64,000 nt of DNA from Candidatus Latescibacterota bacterium. Lineage in GTDB: Bacteria > Latescibacterota > UBA2968. The translations under genes were made by a program, and so were the position numbers. The first letter of the stretch is position 1. Each line of letters begins with the position of its first letter. The DNA is taken from the NCBI GenBank assembly GCA_965198115.1, contig OZ240241.1, positions 4,160,001-4,224,000 on the forward strand, read 5' to 3'. A model generated the notes under the pieces. It worked only from the letters and a program-made list of their open reading frames with translations, made no database searches and was not told where the DNA came from. Shown here in pieces: positions 61,072-64,000 of the stretch.

Positions 61072-61087
61072 CGCAATCTGGATGCCA
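61072..61087 (-). promoter_or_regulatory. sigma54 promoter for the nxr-like operon
   Basis: TGGCATCCAGATTGCG; candidate tandem UAS at 61175-61192 and 61197-61214. Confidence 0.75.
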
Positions 61088-61276
61088 CTCCTGCGAGAGT
61101 GAATACGGAATCCTATGAACCCCTGTAATTGCACAACTTGCTTCGGGAATGCGCCAAGAAGCAGCAGAGAAACTTGAGGGGAATCGGTCCCACTCGAATG
61201 ACATCCACGTCCCACGACAGGGAGCCCACCCTATTCCGTCACCGATGCAACAACGGCGTAGCGCGATCAGGTCTGT

Positions 61277-61600
61277 TCACGATGGAGAATCCTGATCCTC
61301 GTCTTCTTCCCACAACCGGCTCCATAAAGCCAGCACGTCTTCACGGCTTGGCAGAAACACCGATAGACACTTACCATCGCGCCGTACCAGTTCGAAGAGG
61401 TAGCGTCCATCCTCGTAGAGCCAGACTCTGGCGTTCCCCTGACGGGGATCTTCCCAATGGTCGACGAGTGTGGGCGTGTTTACCGGCAAGGAAGCTCCCG
61501 TTTTGCCTGCGATGGCGAACGAGCTCAAACGGTGTGGGGTAAGGGGACGTGTGCCGGATCCGCAATTATGATGCCACCGGAAGACATGCGGAAAGGGCAC
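61277..61600 (-). CDS. Hypothetical protein (start uncertain)
   Basis: C-terminal half is protein-like (VWLYEDGRYLFELVRRDGKCLSVFL); no family recognised. Confidence 0.35.
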   Translation of the reverse strand: MPFPHVFRWHHNCGSGTRPLTPHRLSSFAIAGKTGASLPVNTPTLVDHWEDPRQGNARVWLYEDGRYLFELVRRDGKCLSVFLPSREDVLALWSRLWEEDEDQDSPS

Positions 61601-61688
61601 CTCCTCTGGAGATGCCCTTTTGGTATTCGTTAAAATTTCTGATTCAGTTTGTCAGCCAACCGACCTCTCATTCCCGGTCATTGTGCCC

Positions 61689-62096
61689 TCACAGCCGATC
61701 CTGCAGCAACTCCAGCAAATCGATGTAGCCGATGATGCCGAGCAAATGATCCGCTTCATCCACCACCGGAATCGCCCCGACCTTCTCCTCTATGAACATA
61801 TCGATCGCCTCGTGGAGATCCACGTCAGGCGCAATAACGATCGGATCTGTATGCATCACGTCTCCCACAGTCGTGTCCAGGTCCAATGAGAAAACCATTC
61901 CACCTTCCTCCGCTCCGTCGACCTGCATCCCCAACAGCCGGATATCCCGATCGCTCACGATCCCGGCCAGGCGTCCGCCGCTCACGATCGGAAGATGCCG
62001 AACGTGAGCGTGATTCATCTTGGAGAAGGCCTCCTTCAACGGCGTATCGGGTGTCGCGCTCACGACATCCTTTTTCATGAGATCGGATACAGTCAT
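61689..62096 (-). CDS. CBS domain pair protein
   Basis: VSDLMKKDVV, VRHLPIV..GIVSDRD, VGDVM, GAIPVVD..GII; GGAGG RBS. Confidence 0.9.
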   Translation of the reverse strand: MTVSDLMKKDVVSATPDTPLKEAFSKMNHAHVRHLPIVSGGRLAGIVSDRDIRLLGMQVDGAEEGGMVFSLDLDTTVGDVMHTDPIVIAPDVDLHEAIDMFIEEKVGAIPVVDEADHLLGIIGYIDLLELLQDRL

Positions 62097-62239
62097 AGAC
62101 ACCTCCCGTCCGTGACCAGATCGATGGGCAATCTGACGTGCTATAGGCAAATTTACTACAAAATGTTGTTACAGATTCCTATTGTGCCTAATTTGTCAGG
62201 GCTGAACGCGTCATTTCGACATTTTTCCTTCGGGGCCCG

Positions 62240-63400
62240 ATGACCACCGTCTACCTCTCGCACCCCTTCCGGTCCGCAATCGGCCAGTTTGGGGGAGCCT
62301 TTTCTACCTGTCCCGCCCCCAAAATTGCCGCCTCTGTCGTCGAGTCGGTGCTGACCTCCAGCGAATATGCACCACAGGACATCGATGAAGTCGTCATCGG
62401 CAATGTGATCGGCGCCGGCCTCGGTCAAAACGTCGCCCGGCAGGTCGCCCTCGGCGCCGGTCTCCCAGCATCCATCCCCGCGACGACGATCAACAAAGTC
62501 TGTGGGTCCGGCCTCAGGACAGTGATTTCCGCCGCCCAGGCCATTCAAAGTGGGGATGGGACGACAATCATCGCCGGGGGAACGGAGAATATGACCCGCG
62601 CTCCCTTTCTGTTGGATCCCGCGAAGGAAGGTCGCCGAGGCCCGGGCGATGGCGATCCCGTCGACAGTATGATGCGCGACGGGCTCTTGGATGCGTACGA
62701 CGCGACGCATATGGGAACGTGCGGCGACCGCTGTGCACGAAGGATCGAAGCCACACGCGAGGAACAGGACGACTATGCGGTGGAAAGTTATCGGCGCGCG
62801 CTACACGCACAGGCAGAGGGTCATTTCACGGCGGAGATCGCACCGGTCACCACGACGAGCGCCACCGTAACGGTCGACGAGGAGCCTCAGCGCTTCGACG
62901 AATCAAAACTGCGCTCGCTCAGACCCGCCTTCGGGGAGGACGGGACTGTCACCGCGGCCAACGCGTCGAGCGTGAACGACGGCGCCGCCGCCCTGCTCGT
63001 CACGTCGGGCGTCCCAACCGGATCGGGCCCCCGAGCGGTCCTCGTCGGTCACGCGACGGTCGCGATGGAGCCCGCCTGGTTCACCCTCGCCCCCATCGAG
63101 GCCATTCGCGCGCTTCTCGATCGGACACGATGGTCTCTCGATGACGTCGACCTGATCGAAATTAACGAAGCCTTTTCGTGTGTGCCGATGGCAGCCATCC
63201 GCGAACTCGGTCTGGATCCCGAACGCGTGAACGTCAACGGCGGCGCCGTCGCCCTTGGCCATCCTATCGGCGCGAGCGGAACACGGATCCTCGTCACCCT
63301 CCTCCACGCCCTGCAGTCGAGAGACCTCAAACGCGGCATCGCCGCGATCTGCATCGGCGGCGGCGAAGCCATCGCAGTGGCCGTCGAACGCCTCGACTAA
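62240..63400 (+). CDS. Acetyl-CoA C-acetyltransferase (thiolase)
   Basis: [44 protein letters not shown]. Confidence 0.95.
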   Translation: MTTVYLSHPFRSAIGQFGGAFSTCPAPKIAASVVESVLTSSEYAPQDIDEVVIGNVIGAGLGQNVARQVALGAGLPASIPATTINKVCGSGLRTVISAAQAIQSGDGTTIIAGGTENMTRAPFLLDPAKEGRRGPGDGDPVDSMMRDGLLDAYDATHMGTCGDRCARRIEATREEQDDYAVESYRRALHAQAEGHFTAEIAPVTTTSATVTVDEEPQRFDESKLRSLRPAFGEDGTVTAANASSVNDGAAALLVTSGVPTGSGPRAVLVGHATVAMEPAWFTLAPIEAIRALLDRTRWSLDDVDLIEINEAFSCVPMAAIRELGLDPERVNVNGGAVALGHPIGASGTRILVTLLHALQSRDLKRGIAAICIGGGEAIAVAVERLD

Positions 63401-63592
63401 CACCATTATCGAGTATCGAGAAAACAGGGCCGACGCCGTCAGGCGCACGGCCCCCTACCTATCCCTGATCCCGATGCCAGCGACACACAATCGGGTAGAC
63501 CTGGCCCCTACGTGCGAAAGTGGTGAAGCTCCTGTTGAGTCCGAGGATCACGCGAGACAATGCTTCAATGATCAATGTTCGATTCTCGATGT

Positions 63593-64000
63593 CTACACGC
63601 CATCGGCACGCACGTATCCCAGCGGCAGCGGACACCACGCCTCCAACAGCCGGGCACCTGCCGGAAGCTCAACGACGTTCGACGGCGGTTCCGGCCCGAA
63701 CAGGATGCGATGCGCGTCGAGGGCGGAACAGACCAGATCCGGCTCGTCATCCGTCAGCGTGCACGACGTCGCGCCGTCTGACACTTCGATTTCCAACCTG
63801 GCCTCCGTCACATCGATCACGGCGCGGCCATCGGGCAAGGGCGCGAACCGGCCTTTGACCGCCATCAGCGAACCTACTACCGTCGGCCAGTCCACGACGC
63901 GCCAGTTGCGGGGGGGATCGACGGTGCTCGCCTCGCAGAAAGTCCCGAGGCGGCGAATGAACGGCACGTCGTCGGGCTGGCACGTCACGAAAACCCGGTC
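63593..64000 (-). CDS. C-terminal part of a hypothetical (possibly GNAT-like) protein; 5' end outside window
   Basis: Open frame ending WCPLPLGYVRADGV*; convergent with thiolase. Confidence 0.45.
   Translation of the reverse strand, partial: DRVFVTCQPDDVPFIRRLGTFCEASTVDPPRNWRVVDWPTVVGSLMAVKGRFAPLPDGRAVIDVTEARLEIEVSDGATSCTLTDDEPDLVCSALDAHRILFGPEPPSNVVELPAGARLLEAWCPLPLGYVRADGV

Noticed and set aside
62128-62144. sigma54-like TAGCACGTCAGATTGCC upstream of the CBS gene
   Set aside because: Lacks the invariant GG and spacing is one base too long
27800-62230. Integrative element boundaries for the respiratory island
   Set aside because: No integrase, tRNA or flanking direct repeats found; 'island' is used in a functional sense only
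1-64000. CRISPR array, rRNA, tRNA
   Set aside because: No regularly spaced repeats or recognisable RNA gene sequences seen by eye

Overview
GC-rich bacterial window. The lineage is inferred, from a C-terminal 'DFDxxGxVGFxDF' dockerin/EF-hand-like repeat on a secreted protease, to be Latescibacterota-like; this is not proven. 1-27.8 kb is mostly housekeeping: polB 3' end, msrAB, a GT9, cbiX, an MFS transporter, an S8 protease, an orphan DNA MTase, MlrC, prmA and hrcA-grpE-dnaJ, plus an IS630 and an IS256. About 28-62 kb is a respiratory island, almost all on the minus strand. It carries (i) a Tat-exported Nitrospira/anammox-type NXR-like molybdoenzyme cluster (diheme cytochrome c/EbdC-like subunit, NxrA-like, NxrB-like, TorD-type chaperone, MobB); (ii) a FixL-like heme-PAS kinase and a sigma54 activator; (iii) two NnrS-like genes and an extra sigma70 factor; (iv) the alternative heme pathway (ahbAB, ahbC, ahbD); (v) a porin / heme lipoprotein / membrane protein / FMN-binding protein / cytochrome c / ApbE operon; and (vi) a truncated HAO-like multiheme gene. 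I found five sigma54 -24/-12 promoters, four of them preceded by a shared TGnGAC-N6-GTCnCA palindrome. I also found a cytochrome c lipoprotein gene missing from the ORF track because an ISL3 splits it, and a candidate Csr/Rsm-like sRNA between dnaJ and prmA. Frameshifts are concentrated in 35.9-59.1 kb; decay versus read error cannot be resolved from this sequence alone. No CRISPR array, rRNA or tRNA was seen.
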